In this document: positions 24,401-38,700 of the stretch, in pieces | Layout: every line of letters starts with the position of its first letter | Position numbering within the stretch: the stretch's first letter is position 1 | Origin: Schmidtea nova | Taxonomy: Eukaryota | Assembly (NCBI GenBank): GCA_044892505.1 | Contig: CM097882.1 | Coordinates: forward strand, 159,974,233 to 160,024,000 | Reading direction: 5' to 3' | DNA: 49,768 nucleotides | Position numbers and translations under genes: made by a program | The notes under the pieces: generated by a model | The model's database searches: none | Seen by the model: the letters and a program-made list of their open reading frames with translations, nothing else | What the model was told of the DNA's origin: nothing

Positions 24401-27400
24401 ATCTCTGGGACAAAGCTCATTGAGCTTAATTCGAGATTAAATTGATTTTTGTAACTTGACAGACGCTCCAAGGCTTGCCTAGCTCTGTCGTAGTGGACCT
24501 TACATTGCATTACAGTTTGGTCTGCTTGTTTAAAATAAAATAAAATTAGAAATTTCCAATGACTTATTTAGTTTATATAATATATAACGGCTTTAGACAA
24601 TCATGACATTGTTTGCAACATTTTTTTCCCAGTCACACTGATAATTTTCCATATGTAGATTTTTGAAACATAAAAAGTACATGGCCTTGAAAATTTAGAT
24701 TGTTTTTAAACAAACATTTACGTGTCCGACACTGTAGAAATTTACAAAATTTATCCTTGACATCACAAACCTATTGAAATTGTCTAAGACTGTTAGGCAA
24801 AGACAAAAGATAATTATTTAATCAATGCACCATAGAATTTTAGGTGAAACAACAGATATTTTATATACATTATAACAAATTCCAAATATTGTACTTTTCT
24901 TTCTGATGAAAGCGGGATCAGGACAAATTTTTACAATTTGTTCGAGTTTAAAAAATGTTTTTGAAAAAATGTGATAAAGGCGAAAGATTTATTTCAAACG
25001 AAATATAAAACTCTAGTTTGAGATTTGAAATAAAACGGCAAAATTTCACATTTTTGTTACACTTATGAGGAAATTCAATTTTACTGAAGTTCCTATCGCA
25101 AATATACAGGAACTGTTGATTGGTTTAGAATTCTGTAACAACTTAAAGTTAGTCTAGATAAGAAATTGGTGAAATAATGTCGATTCGTTGTCAAATTTTT
25201 TCTATGCAAAACATGTTAAAATGCATATGGGTAAATTGATTATGTAAAATAAAGTGATTTGTATTAGTATTTTATCGCTTCTAGCTTCATAGCTATGATC
25301 AAAAGTGTAAGAAATGTTCTTCTCAGTTTAATCTCTGGGACAAAGCTCATTGAGCTTAATTCGAGATTAAATTGATTTTTGTAACTTGACAGACGCTCCA
25401 AGGCTTGCCTAGCTCTGTCGTAGTGGACCTTACATTGCATTACAGTTTGGTCTGCTTGTTTAAAATAAAATAAAATTAGAAATTTCCAATGACTTATTTA
25501 GTTTATATAATATATAACGGCTTTAGACAATCATGACATTGTTTGCAACATTTTTTTCCCAGTCACACTGATAATTTTCCATATGTAGATTTTTGAAACA
25601 TAAAAAGTACATGGCCTTGAAAATTTAGATTGTTTTTAAACAAACATTTACGTGTCCGACACTGTAGAAATTTACAAAATTTATCCTTGACATCACAAAC
25701 CTATTGAAATTGTCTAAGACTGTTAGGCAAAGACAAAAGATAATTATTTAATCAATGCACCATAGAATTTTAGGTGAAACAACAGATATTTTATATACAT
25801 TATAACAAATTCCAAATATTGTACTTTTCTTTCTGATGAAAGCGGGATCAGGACAAATTTTTACAATTTGTTCGAGTTTAAAAAATGTTTTTGAAAAAAT
25901 GTGATAAAGGCGAAAGATTTATTTCAAACGAAATATAAAACTCTAGTTTGAGATTTGAAATAAAACGGCAAAATTTCACATTTTTGTTACACTTATGAGG
26001 AAATTCAATTTTACTGAAGTTCCTATCGCAAATATACAGGAACTGTTGATTGGTTTAGAATTCTGTAACAACTTAAAGTTAGTCTAGATAAGAAATTGGT
26101 GAAATAATGTCGATTCGTTGTCAAATTTTTTCTATGCAAAACATGTTAAAATGCATATGGGTAAATTGATTATGTAAAATAAAGTGATTTGTATTAGTAT
26201 TTTATCGCTTCTAGCTTCATAGCTATGATCAAAAGTGTAAGAACTGTTCTTCTCAGTTTAATCTCTGGGACAAAGCTCATTGAGCTTAATTCGAGATTAA
26301 ATTGATTTTTGTAACTTGACAGACGCTCCAAGGCTTGCCTAGCTCTGTCGTAGTGGACCTTACATTGCATTACAGTTTGGTCTGCTTGTTTAAAATAAAA
26401 TAAAATTAGAAATTTCCAATGACTTATTTAGTTTATATAATATATAACGGCTTTAGACAATCATGACATTGTTTGCAACATTTTTTTCCCAGTCACACTG
26501 ATAATTTTCCATATGTAGATTTTTGAAACATAAAAAGTACATGGCCTTGAAAATTTAGATTGTTTTTAAACAAACATTTACGTGTCCGACACTGTAGAAA
26601 TTTACAAAATTTATCCTTGACATCACAAACCTATTGAAATTGTCTAAGACTGTTAGGCAAAGACAAAAGATAATTATTTAATCAATGCACCATAGAATTT
26701 TAGGTGAAACAACAGATATTTTATATACATTATAACAAATTCCAAATATTGTACTTTTCTTTCTGATGAAAGCGGGATCAGGACAAATTTTTACAATTTG
26801 TTCGAGTTTAAAAAATGTTTTTGAAAAAATGTGATAAAGGCGAAAGATTTATTTCAAACGAAATATAAAACTCTAGTTTGAGATTTGAAATAAAACGGCA
26901 AAATTTCACATTTTTGTTACACTTATGAGGAAATTCAATTTTACTGAACTTCCTATCGCAAATATACAGGAACTGTTGATTGGTTTAGAATTCTGTAACA
27001 ACTTAAAGTTAGTCTAGATAAGAAATTGGTGAAATAATGTCGATTCGTTGTCAAATTTTTTCTATGCAAAACATGTTAAAATGCATATGGGTAAATTGAT
27101 TATGTAAAATAAAGTGATTTGTATTAGTATTTTATCGCTTCTAGCTTCATAGCTATGATCAAAAGTGTAAGAACTGTTCTTCTCAGTTTAATCTCTGGGA
27201 CAAAGCTCATTGAGCTTAATTCGAGATTAAATTGATTTTTGTAACTTGACAGACGCTCCAAGGCTTGCCTAGCTCTGTCGTAGTGGACCTTACATTGCAT
27301 TACAGTTTGGTCTGCTTGTTTAAAATAAAATAAAATTAGAAATTTCCAATGACTTATTTAGTTTATATAATATATAACGGCTTTAGACAATCATGACATT

Positions 27401-30400
27401 GTTTGCAACATTTTTTTCCCAGTCACACTGATAATTTTCCATATGTAGATTTTTGAAACATAAAAAGTACATGGCCTTGAAAATTTAGATTGTTTTTAAA
27501 CAAACATTTACGTGTCCGACACTGTAGAAATTTACAAAATTTATCCTTGACATCACAAACCTATTGAAATTGTCTAAGACTGTTAGGCAAAGACAAAAGA
27601 TAATTATTTAATCAATGCACCATAGAATTTTAGGTGAAACAACAGATATTTTATATACATTATAACAAATTCCAAATATTGTACTTTTCTTTCTGATGAA
27701 AGCGGGATCAGGACAAATTTTTACAATTTGTTCGAGTTTAAAAAATGTTTTTGAAAAAATGTGATAAAGGCGAAAGATTTATTTCAAACGAAATATAAAA
27801 CTCTAGTTTGAGATTTGAAATAAAACGGCAAAATTTCACATTTTTGTTACACTTATGAGGAAATTCAATTTTACTGAACTTCCTATCGCAAATATACAGG
27901 AACTGTTGATTGGTTTAGAATTCTGTAACAACTTAAAGTTAGTCTAGATAAGAAATTGGTGAAATAATGTCGATTCGTTGTCAAATTTTTTCTATGCAAA
28001 ACATGTTAAAATGCATATGGGTAAATTGATTATGTAAAATAAAGTGATTTGTATTAGTATTTTATCGCTTCTAGCTTCATAGCTATGATCAAAAGTGTAA
28101 GAACTGTTCTTCTCAGTTTAATCTCTGGGACAAAGCTCATTGAGCTTAATTCGAGATTAAATTGATTTTTGTAACTTGACAGACGCTCCAAGGCTTGCCT
28201 AGCTCTGTCGTAGTGGACCTTACATTGCATTACAGTTTGGTCTGCTTGTTTAAAATAAAATAAAATTAGAAATTTCCAATGACTTATTTAGTTTATATAA
28301 TATATAACGGCTTTAGACAATCATGACATTGTTTGCAACATTTTTTTCCCAGTCACACTGATAATTTTCCATATGTAGATTTTTGAAACATAAAAGTACA
28401 TGGCCTTGAAAATTTAGATTGTTTTTAAACAAACATTTACGTGTCCGACACTGTAGAAATTTACAAAATTTATCCTTGACATCACAAACCTATTGAAATT
28501 GTCTAAGACTGTTAGGTAAAGACAAAAGATAATTATTTAATCAATGCACCATAGAATTTTAGGTGAAACAACAGATATTTTACATACATTATAACAAATT
28601 CCAAATATCGTACTTTTCTTTCTGATGAAAGCGGGATCAGGACAAATTTTTACAATTTGTTCGAGTTTAAAAAATGTTTTTGAAAAAATGAGATAAAGGC
28701 GAAAGATTTATTTCAAACGAAATATAAAACTCTAGTTTGAGATTTGAAATAAAACGGCAAAATTTCACATTTTTGTTACACTTATGAGGAAATTCAATTT
28801 TACTGAAGTTCCTATCGCAAATATACAGGAACTGTTGATTGGTTTAGAATTCTGTAACAACTTAAAGTTAGTCTAGATAAGAAATTGGTGAAATAATGTC
28901 GATTCGTTGTCAAATTTTTTCTATGCAAAACATGTTAAAATGCATATGGGTAAATTGATTATGTAAAATAAAGTGATTTGTATTAGTATTTTATCGCTTC
29001 TAGCTTCATAGCTATGATCAAAAGTGTAAGAACTGTTCTTCTCAGTTTAATCTCTGGGACAAAGCTCATTGAGCTTAATTCGAGATTAAATTGATTTTTG
29101 TAACTTGACAGACGCTCCAAGGCTTGCCTAGCTCTGTCGTAGTGGACCTTACATTGCATTACAGTTTGGTCTGCTTGTTTAAAATAAAATAAAATTAGAA
29201 ATTTCCAATGACTTATTTAGTTTATATAATATATAACGGCTTTAGACAATCATGACATTGTTTGCAACATTTTTTTCCCAGTCACACTGATAATTTTCCA
29301 TATGTAGATTTTTGAAACATAAAAAGTACATGGCCTTGAAAATTTAGATTGTTTTTAAACAAACATTTACGTGTCCGACACTGTAGAAATTTACAAAATT
29401 TATCCTTGACATCACAAACCTATTGAAATTGTCTAAGACTGTTAGGCAAAGACAAAAGATAATTATTTAATCAATGCACCATAGAATTTTAGGTGAAACA
29501 ACAGATATTTTATATACATTATAACAAATTCCAAATATTGTACTTTTCTTTCTGATGAAAGCGGGATCAGGACAAATTTTTACAATTTGTTCGAGTTTAA
29601 AAAATGTTTTTGAAAAAATGTGATAAAGGCGAAAGATTTATTTCAAACGAAATATAAAACTCTAGTTTGAGATTTGAAATAAAACGGCAAAATTTCACAT
29701 TTTTGTTACACTTATGAGGAAATTCAATTTTACTGAAGTTCCTATCGCAAATATACAGGAACTGTTGATTGGTTTAGAATTCTGTAACAACTTAAAGTTA
29801 GTCTAGATAAGAAATTGGTGAAATAATGTCGATTCGTTGTCAAATTTTTTCTATGCAAAACATGTTAAAATGCATATGGGTAAATTGATTATGTAAAATA
29901 AAGTGATTTGTATTAGTATTTTATCGCTTCTAGCTTCATAGCTATGATCAAAAGTGTAAGAACTGTTCTTCTCAGTTTAATCTCTGGGACAAAGCTCATT
30001 GAGCTTAATTCGAGATTAAATTGATTTTTGTAACTTGACAGACGCTCCAAGGCTTGCCTAGCTCTGTCGTAGTGGACCTTACATTGCATTACAGTTTGGT
30101 CTGCTTGTTTAAAATAAAATAAAATTAGAAATTTCCAATGACTTATTTAGTTTATATAATATATAACGGCTTTAGACAATCATGACATTGTTTGCAACAT
30201 TTTTTTCCCAGTCACACTGATAATTTTCCATATGTAGATTTTTGAAACATAAAAAGTACATGGCCTTGAAAATTTAGATTGTTTTTAAACAAACATTTAC
30301 GTGTCCGACACTGTAGAAATTTACAAAATTTATCCTTGACATCACAAACCTATTGAAATTGTCTAAGACTGTTAGGCAAAGACAAAAGATAATTATTTAA

Positions 30401-32729
30401 TCAATGCACCATAGAATTTTAGGTGAAACAACAAATATTTTATATACATTATAACAAATTCCAAATATTGTACTTTTCTTTCTGATGAAAGCGGGATCAG
30501 GACAAATTTTTACAATTTGTTCGAGTTTAAAAAATGTTTTTGAAAAAATGTGATAAAGGCGAAAGATTTATTTCAAACGAAATATAAAACTCTAGTTTGA
30601 GATTTGAAATAAAACGGCAAAATTTCACATTTTTGTTACACTTATGAGGAAATTCAATTTTACTGAACTTCCTATCGCAAATATACAGGAACTGTTGATT
30701 GGTTTAGAATTCTGTAACAACTTAAAGTTAGTCTAGATAAGAAATTGGTGAAATAATGTCGATTCGTTGTCAAATTTTTTCTATGCAAAACATGTTAAAA
30801 TGCATATGGGTAAATTGATTATGTAAAATAAAGTGATTTGTATTAGTATTTTATCGCTTCTAGCTTCATAGCTATGATCAAAAGTGTAAGAACTGTTCTT
30901 CTCAGTTTAATCTCTGGGACAAAGCTCATTGAGCTTAATTCGAGATTAAATTGATTTTTGTAACTTGACAGACGCTCCAAGGCTTGCCTAGCTCTGTCGT
31001 AGTGGACCTTACATTGCATTACAGTTTGGTCTGCTTGTTTAAAATAAAATAAAATTAGAAATTTCCAATGACTTATTTAGTTTATATAATATATAACGGC
31101 TTTAGACAATCATGACATTGTTTGCAACATTTTTTTCCCAGTCACACTGATAATTTTCCATATGTAGATTTTTGAAACATAAAAAGTACATGGCCTTGAA
31201 AATTTAGATTGTTTTTAAACAAACATTTACGTGTCCGACACTGTAGAAATTTACAAAATTTATCCTTGACATCACAAACCTATTGAAATTGTCTAAGACT
31301 GTTAGGTAAAGACAAAAGATAATTATTTAATCAATGCACCATAGAATTTTAGGTGAAACAACAGATATTTTATATACATTATAACAAATTCCAAATATCG
31401 TACTTTTCTTTCTGATGAAAGCGGGATCAGGACAAATTTTTACAATTTGTTCGAGTTTAAAAAATGTTTTTGAAAAAATGTGATAAAGGCGAAAGATTTA
31501 TTTCAAACGAAATATAAAACTCTAGTTTGAGATTTGAAATAAAACGGCAAAATTTCACATTTTTGTTACACTTATGAGGAAATTCAATTTTACTGAAGTT
31601 CCTATCGCAAATATACAGGAACTGTTGATTGGTTTAGAATTCTGTAACAACTTAAAGTTAGTCTAGATAAGAAATTGGTGAAATAATGTCGATTCGTTGT
31701 CAAATTTTTTCTATGCAAAACATGTTAAAATGCATATGGGTAAATTGATTATGTAAAATAAAGTGATTTGTATTAGTATTTTATCGCTTCTAGCTTCATA
31801 GCTATGATCAAAAGTGTAAGAACTGTTCTTCTCAGTTTAATCTCTGGGACAAAGCTCATTGAGCTTAATTCGAGATTAAATTGATTTTTGTAACTTGACA
31901 GACGCTCCAAGGCTTGCCTAGCTCTGTCGTAGTGGACCTTACATTGCATTACAGTTTGGTCTGCTTGTTTAAAATAAAATAAAATTAGAAATTTCCAATG
32001 ACTTATTTAGTTTATATAATATATAACGGCTTTAGACAATCATGACATTGTTTGCAACATTTTTTTCCCAGTCACACTGATAATTTTCCATATGTAGATT
32101 TTTGAAACATAAAAAGTACATGGCCTTGAAAATTTAGATTGTTTTTAAACAAACATTTACGTGTCCGACACTGTAGAAATTTACAAAATTTATCCTTGAC
32201 ATCACAAACCTATTGAAATTGTCTAAGACTGTTAGGCAAAGACAAAAGATAATTATTTAATCAATGCACCATAGAATTTTAGGTGAAACAACAGATATTT
32301 TATATACATTATAACAAATTCCAAATATTGTACTTTTCTTTCTGATGAAAGCGGGATCAGGACAAATTTTTACAATTTGTTCGAGTTTAAAAAATGTTTT
32401 TGAAAAAATGTGATAAAGGCGAAAGATTTATTTCAAACGAAATATAAAACTCTAGTTTGAGATTTGAAATAAAACGGCAAAATTTCACATTTTTGTTACA
32501 CTTATGAGGAAATTCAATTTTACTGAACTTCCTATCGCAAATATACAGGAACTGTTGATTGGTTTAGAATTCTGTAACAACTTAAAGTTAGTCTAGATAA
32601 GAAATTGGTGAAATAATGTCGATTCGTTGTCAAATTTTTTCTATGCAAAACATGTTAAAATGCATATGGGTAAATTGATTATGTAAAATAAAGTGATTTG
32701 TATTAGTATTTTATCGCTTCTAGCTTCAT
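9485..32729. repeat. Higher-order repeat of 10 monomers (9298 bp), about 2.5 copies
   Basis: The order of variant monomers repeats from 9485, 18783 and 28081. The rare AACAACAAAT variant is in monomers starting 11344, 20642 and 29940, and the rare AAGAAATGTT variant in 15993 and 25291, all 9298 bp apart. Confidence 0.9.
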
Positions 32730-35700
32730 AGCTATGATCAAAAGTGTAAGAACTGTTCTTCTCAGTTTAATCTCTGGGACAAAGCTCATTGAGCTTAATT
32801 CGAGATTAAATTGATTTTTGTAACTTGACAGACGCTCCAAGGCTTGCCTAGCTCTGTCGTAGTGGACCTTACATTGCATTACAGTTTGGTCTGCTTGTTT
32901 AAAATAAAATAAAATTAGAAATTTCCAATGACTTATTTAGTTTATATAATATATAACGGCTTTAGACAATCATGACATTGTTTGCAACATTTTTTTCCCA
33001 GTCACACTGATAATTTTCCATATGTAGATTTTTGAAACATAAAAAGTACATGGCCTTGAAAATTTAGATTGTTTTTAAACAAACATTTACGTGTCCGACA
33101 CTGTAGAAATTTACAAAATTTATCCTTGACATCACAAACCTATTGAAATTGTCTAAGACTGTTAGGTAAAGACAAAAGATAATTATTTAATCAATGCACC
33201 ATAGAATTTTAGGTGAAACAACAGATATTTTATATACATTATAACAAATTCCAAATATCGTACTTTTCTTTCTGATGAAAGCGGGATCAGGACAAATTTT
33301 TACAATTTGTTCGAGTTTAAAAAATGTTTTTGAAAAAATGTGATAAAGGCGAAAGATTTATTTCAAACGAAATATAAAACTCTAGTTTGAGATTTGAAAT
33401 AAAACGGCAAAATTTCACATTTTTGTTACACTTATGAGGAAATTCAATTTTACTGAAGTTCCTATCGCAAATATACAGGAACTGTTGATTGGTTTAGAAT
33501 TCTGTAACAACTTAAAGTTAGTCTAGATAAGAAATTGGTGAAATAATGTCGATTCGTTGTCAAATTTTTTCTATGCAAAACATGTTAAAATGCATATGGG
33601 TAAATTGATTATGTAAAATAAAGTGATTTGTATTAGTATTTTATCGCTTCTAGCTTCATAGCTATGATCAAAAGTGTAAGAACTGTTCTTCTCAGTTTAA
33701 TCTCTGGGACAAAGCTCATTGAGCTTAATTCGAGATTAAATTGATTTTTGTAACTTGACAGACGCTCCAAGGCTTGCCTAGCTCTGTCGTAGTGGACCTT
33801 ACATTGCATTACAGTTTGGTCTGCTTGTTTAAAATAAAATAAAATTAGAAATTTCCAATGACTTATTTAGTTTATATAATATATAACGGCTTTAGACAAT
33901 CATGACATTGTTTGCAACATTTTTTTCCCAGTCACACTGATAATTTTCCATATGTAGATTTTTGAAACATAAAAAGTACATGGCCTTGAAAATTTAGATT
34001 GTTTTTAAACAAACATTTACGTGTCCGACACTGTAGAAATTTACAAAATTTATCCTTGACATCACAAACCTATTGAAATTGTCTAAGACTGTTAGGCAAA
34101 GACAAAAGATAATTATTTAATCAATGCACCATAGAATTTTAGGTGAAACAACAGATATTTTATATACATTATAACAAATTCCAAATATTGTACTTTTCTT
34201 TCTGATGAAAGCGGGATCAGGACAAATTTTTACAATTTGTTCGAGTTTAAAAAATGTTTTTGAAAAAATGTGATAAAGGCGAAAGATTTATTTCAAACGA
34301 AATATAAAACTCTAGTTTGAGATTTGAAATAAAACGGCAAAATTTCACATTTTTGTTACACTTATGAGGAAATTCAATTTTACTGAACTTCCTATCGCAA
34401 ATATACAGGAACTGTTGATTGGTTTAGAATTCTGTAACAACTTAAAGTTAGTCTAGATAAGAAATTGGTGAAATAATGTCGATTCGTTGTCAAATTTTTT
34501 CTATGCAAAACATGTTAAAATGCATATGGGTAAATTGATTATGTAAAATAAAGTGATTTGTATTAGTATTTTATCGCTTCTAGCTTCATAGCTATGATCA
34601 AAAGTGTAAGAACTGTTCTTCTCAGTTTAATCTCTGGGACAAAGCTCATTGAGCTTAATTCGAGATTAAATTGATTTTTGTAACTTGACAGACGCTCCAA
34701 GGCTTGCCTAGCTCTGTCGTAGTGGACCTTACATTGCATTACAGTTTGGTCTGCTTGTTTAAAATAAAATAAAATTAGAAATTTCCAATGACTTATTTAG
34801 TTTATATAATATATAACGGCTTTAGACAATCATGACATTGTTTGCAACATTTTTTTCCCAGTCACACTGATAATTTTCCATATGTAGATTTTTGAAACAT
34901 AAAAAGTACATGGCCTTGAAAATTTAGATTGTTTTTAAACAAACATTTACGTGTCCGACACTGTAGAAATTTACAAAATTTATCCTTGACATCACAAACC
35001 TATTGAAATTGTCTAAGACTGTTAGGCAAAGACAAAAGATAATTATTTAATCAATGCACCATAGAATTTTAGGTGAAACAACAGATATTTTATATACATT
35101 ATAACAAATTCCAAATATTGTACTTTTCTTTCTGATGAAAGCGGGATCAGGACAAATTTTTACAATTTGTTCGAGTTTAAAAAATGTTTTTGAAAAAATG
35201 TGATAAAGGCGAAAGATTTATTTCAAACGAAATATAAAACTCTAGTTTGAGATTTGAAATAAAACGGCAAAATTTCACATTTTTGTTACACTTATGAGGA
35301 AATTCAATTTTACTGAAGTTCCTATCGCAAATATACAGGAACTGTTGATTGGTTTAGAATTCTGTAACAACTTAAAGTTAGTCTAGATAAGAAATTGGTG
35401 AAATAATGTCGATTCGTTGTCAAATTTTTTCTATGCAAAACATGTTAAAATGCATATGGGTAAATTGATTATGTAAAATAAAGTGATTTGTATTAGTATT
35501 TTATCGCTTCTAGCTTCATAGCTATGATCAAAAGTGTAAGAACTGTTCTTCTCAGTTTAATCTCTGGGACAAAGCTCATTGAGCTTAATTCGAGATTAAA
35601 TTGATTTTTGTAACTTGACAGACGCTCCAAGGCTTGCCTAGCTCTGTCGTAGTGGACCTTACATTGCATTACAGTTTGGTCTGCTTGTTTAAAATAAAAT

Positions 35701-38700
35701 AAAATTAGAAATTTCCAATGACTTATTTAGTTTATATAATATATAACGGCTTTAGACAATCATGACATTGTTTGCAACATTTTTTTCCCAGTCACACTGA
35801 TAATTTTCCATATGTAGATTTTTGAAACATAAAAGTACATGGCCTTGAAAATTTAGATTGTTTTTAAACAAACATTTACGTGTCCGACACTGTAGAAATT
35901 TACAAAATTTATCCTTGACATCACAAACCTATTGAAATTGTCTAAGACTGTTAGGTAAAGACAAAAGATAATTATTTAATCAATGCACCATAGAATTTTA
36001 GGTGAAACAACAGATATTTTACATACATTATAACAAATTCCAAATATCGTACTTTTCTTTCTGATGAAAGCGGGATCAGGACAAATTTTTACAATTTGTT
36101 CGAGTTTAAAAAATGTTTTTGAAAAAATGAGATAAAGGCGAAAGATTTATTTCAAACGAAATATAAAACTCTAGTTTGAGATTTGAAATAAAACGGCAAA
36201 ATTTCACATTTTTGTTACACTTATGAGGAAATTCAATTTTACTGAAGTTCCTATCGCAAATATACAGGAACTGTTGATTGGTTTAGAATTCTGTAACAAC
36301 TTAAAGTTAGTCTAGATAAGAAATTGGTGAAATAATGTCGATTCGTTGTCAAATTTTTTCTATGCAAAACATGTTAAAATGCATATGGGTAAATTGATTA
36401 TGTAAAATAAAGTGATTTGTATTAGTATTTTATCGCTTCTAGCTTCATAGCTATGATCAAAAGTGTAAGAACTGTTCTTCTCAGTTTAATCTCTGGGACA
36501 AAGCTCATTGAGCTTAATTCGAGATTAAATTGATTTTTGTAACTTGACAGACGCTCCAAGGCTTGCCTAGCTCTGTCGTAGTGGACCTTACATTGCATTA
36601 CAGTTTGGTCTGCTTGTTTAAAATAAAATAAAATTAGAAATTTCCAATGACTTATTTAGTTTATATAATATATAACGGCTTTAGACAATCATGACATTGT
36701 TTGCAACATTTTTTTCCCAGTCACACTGATAATTTTCCATATGTAGATTTTTGAAACATAAAAAGTACATGGCCTTGAAAATTTAGATTGTTTTTAAACA
36801 AACATTTACGTGTCCGACACTGTAGAAATTTACAAAATTTATCCTTGACATCACAAACCTATTGAAATTGTCTAAGACTGTTAGGCAAAGACAAAAGATA
36901 ATTATTTAATCAATGCACCATAGAATTTTAGGTGAAACAACAGATATTTTATATACATTATAACAAATTCCAAATATTGTACTTTTCTTTCTGATGAAAG
37001 CGGGATCAGGACAAATTTTTACAATTTGTTCGAGTTTAAAAAATGTTTTTGAAAAAATGTGATAAAGGCGAAAGATTTATTTCAAACGAAATATAAAACT
37101 CTAGTTTGAGATTTGAAATAAAACGGCAAAATTTCACATTTTTGTTACACTTATGAGGAAATTCAATTTTACTGAAGTTCCTATCGCAAATATACAGGAA
37201 CTGTTGATTGGTTTAGAATTCTGTAACAACTTAAAGTTAGTCTAGATAAGAAATTGGTGAAATAATGTCGATTCGTTGTCAAATTTTTTCTATGCAAAAC
37301 ATGTTAAAATGCATATGGGTAAATTGATTATGTAAAATAAAGTGATTTGTATTAGTATTTTATCGCTTCTAGCTTCATAGCTATGATCAAAAGTGTAAGA
37401 AATGTTCTTCTCAGTTTAATCTCTGGGACAAAGCTCATTGAGCTTAATTCGAGATTAAATTGATTTTTGTAACTTGACAGACGCTCCAAGGCTTGCCTAG
37501 CTCTGTCGTAGTGGACCTTACATTGCATTACAGTTTGGTCTGCTTGTTTAAAATAAAATAAAATTAGAAATTTCCAATGACTTATTTAGTTTATATAATA
37601 TATAACGGCTTTAGACAATCATGACATTGTTTGCAACATTTTTTTCCCAGTCACACTGATAATTTTCCATATGTAGATTTTTGAAACATAAAAAGTACAT
37701 GGCCTTGAAAATTTAGATTGTTTTTAAACAAACATTTACGTGTCCGACACTGTAGAAATTTACAAAATTTATCCTTGACATCACAAACCTATTGAAATTG
37801 TCTAAGACTGTTAGGCAAAGACAAAAGATAATTATTTAATCAATGCACCATAGAATTTTAGGTGAAACAACAGATATTTTATATACATTATAACAAATTC
37901 CAAATATTGTACTTTTCTTTCTGATGAAAGCGGGATCAGGACAAATTTTTACAATTTGTTCGAGTTTAAAAAATGTTTTTGAAAAAATGTGATAAAGGCG
38001 AAAGATTTATTTCAAACGAAATATAAAACTCTAGTTTGAGATTTGAAATAAAACGGCAAAATTTCACATTTTTGTTACACTTATGAGGAAATTCAATTTT
38101 ACTGAAGTTCCTATCGCAAATATACAGGAACTGTTGATTGGTTTAGAATTCTGTAACAACTTAAAGTTAGTCTAGATAAGAAATTGGTGAAATAATGTCG
38201 ATTCGTTGTCAAATTTTTTCTATGCAAAACATGTTAAAATGCATATGGGTAAATTGATTATGTAAAATAAAGTGATTTGTATTAGTATTTTATCGCTTCT
38301 AGCTTCATAGCTATGATCAAAAGTGTAAGAACTGTTCTTCTCAGTTTAATCTCTGGGACAAAGCTCATTGAGCTTAATTCGAGATTAAATTGATTTTTGT
38401 AACTTGACAGACGCTCCAAGGCTTGCCTAGCTCTGTCGTAGTGGACCTTACATTGCATTACAGTTTGGTCTGCTTGTTTAAAATAAAATAAAATTAGAAA
38501 TTTCCAATGACTTATTTAGTTTATATAATATATAACGGCTTTAGACAATCATGACATTGTTTGCAACATTTTTTTCCCAGTCACACTGATAATTTTCCAT
38601 ATGTAGATTTTTGAAACATAAAAAGTACATGGCCTTGAAAATTTAGATTGTTTTTAAACAAACATTTACGTGTCCGACACTGTAGAAATTTACAAAATTT

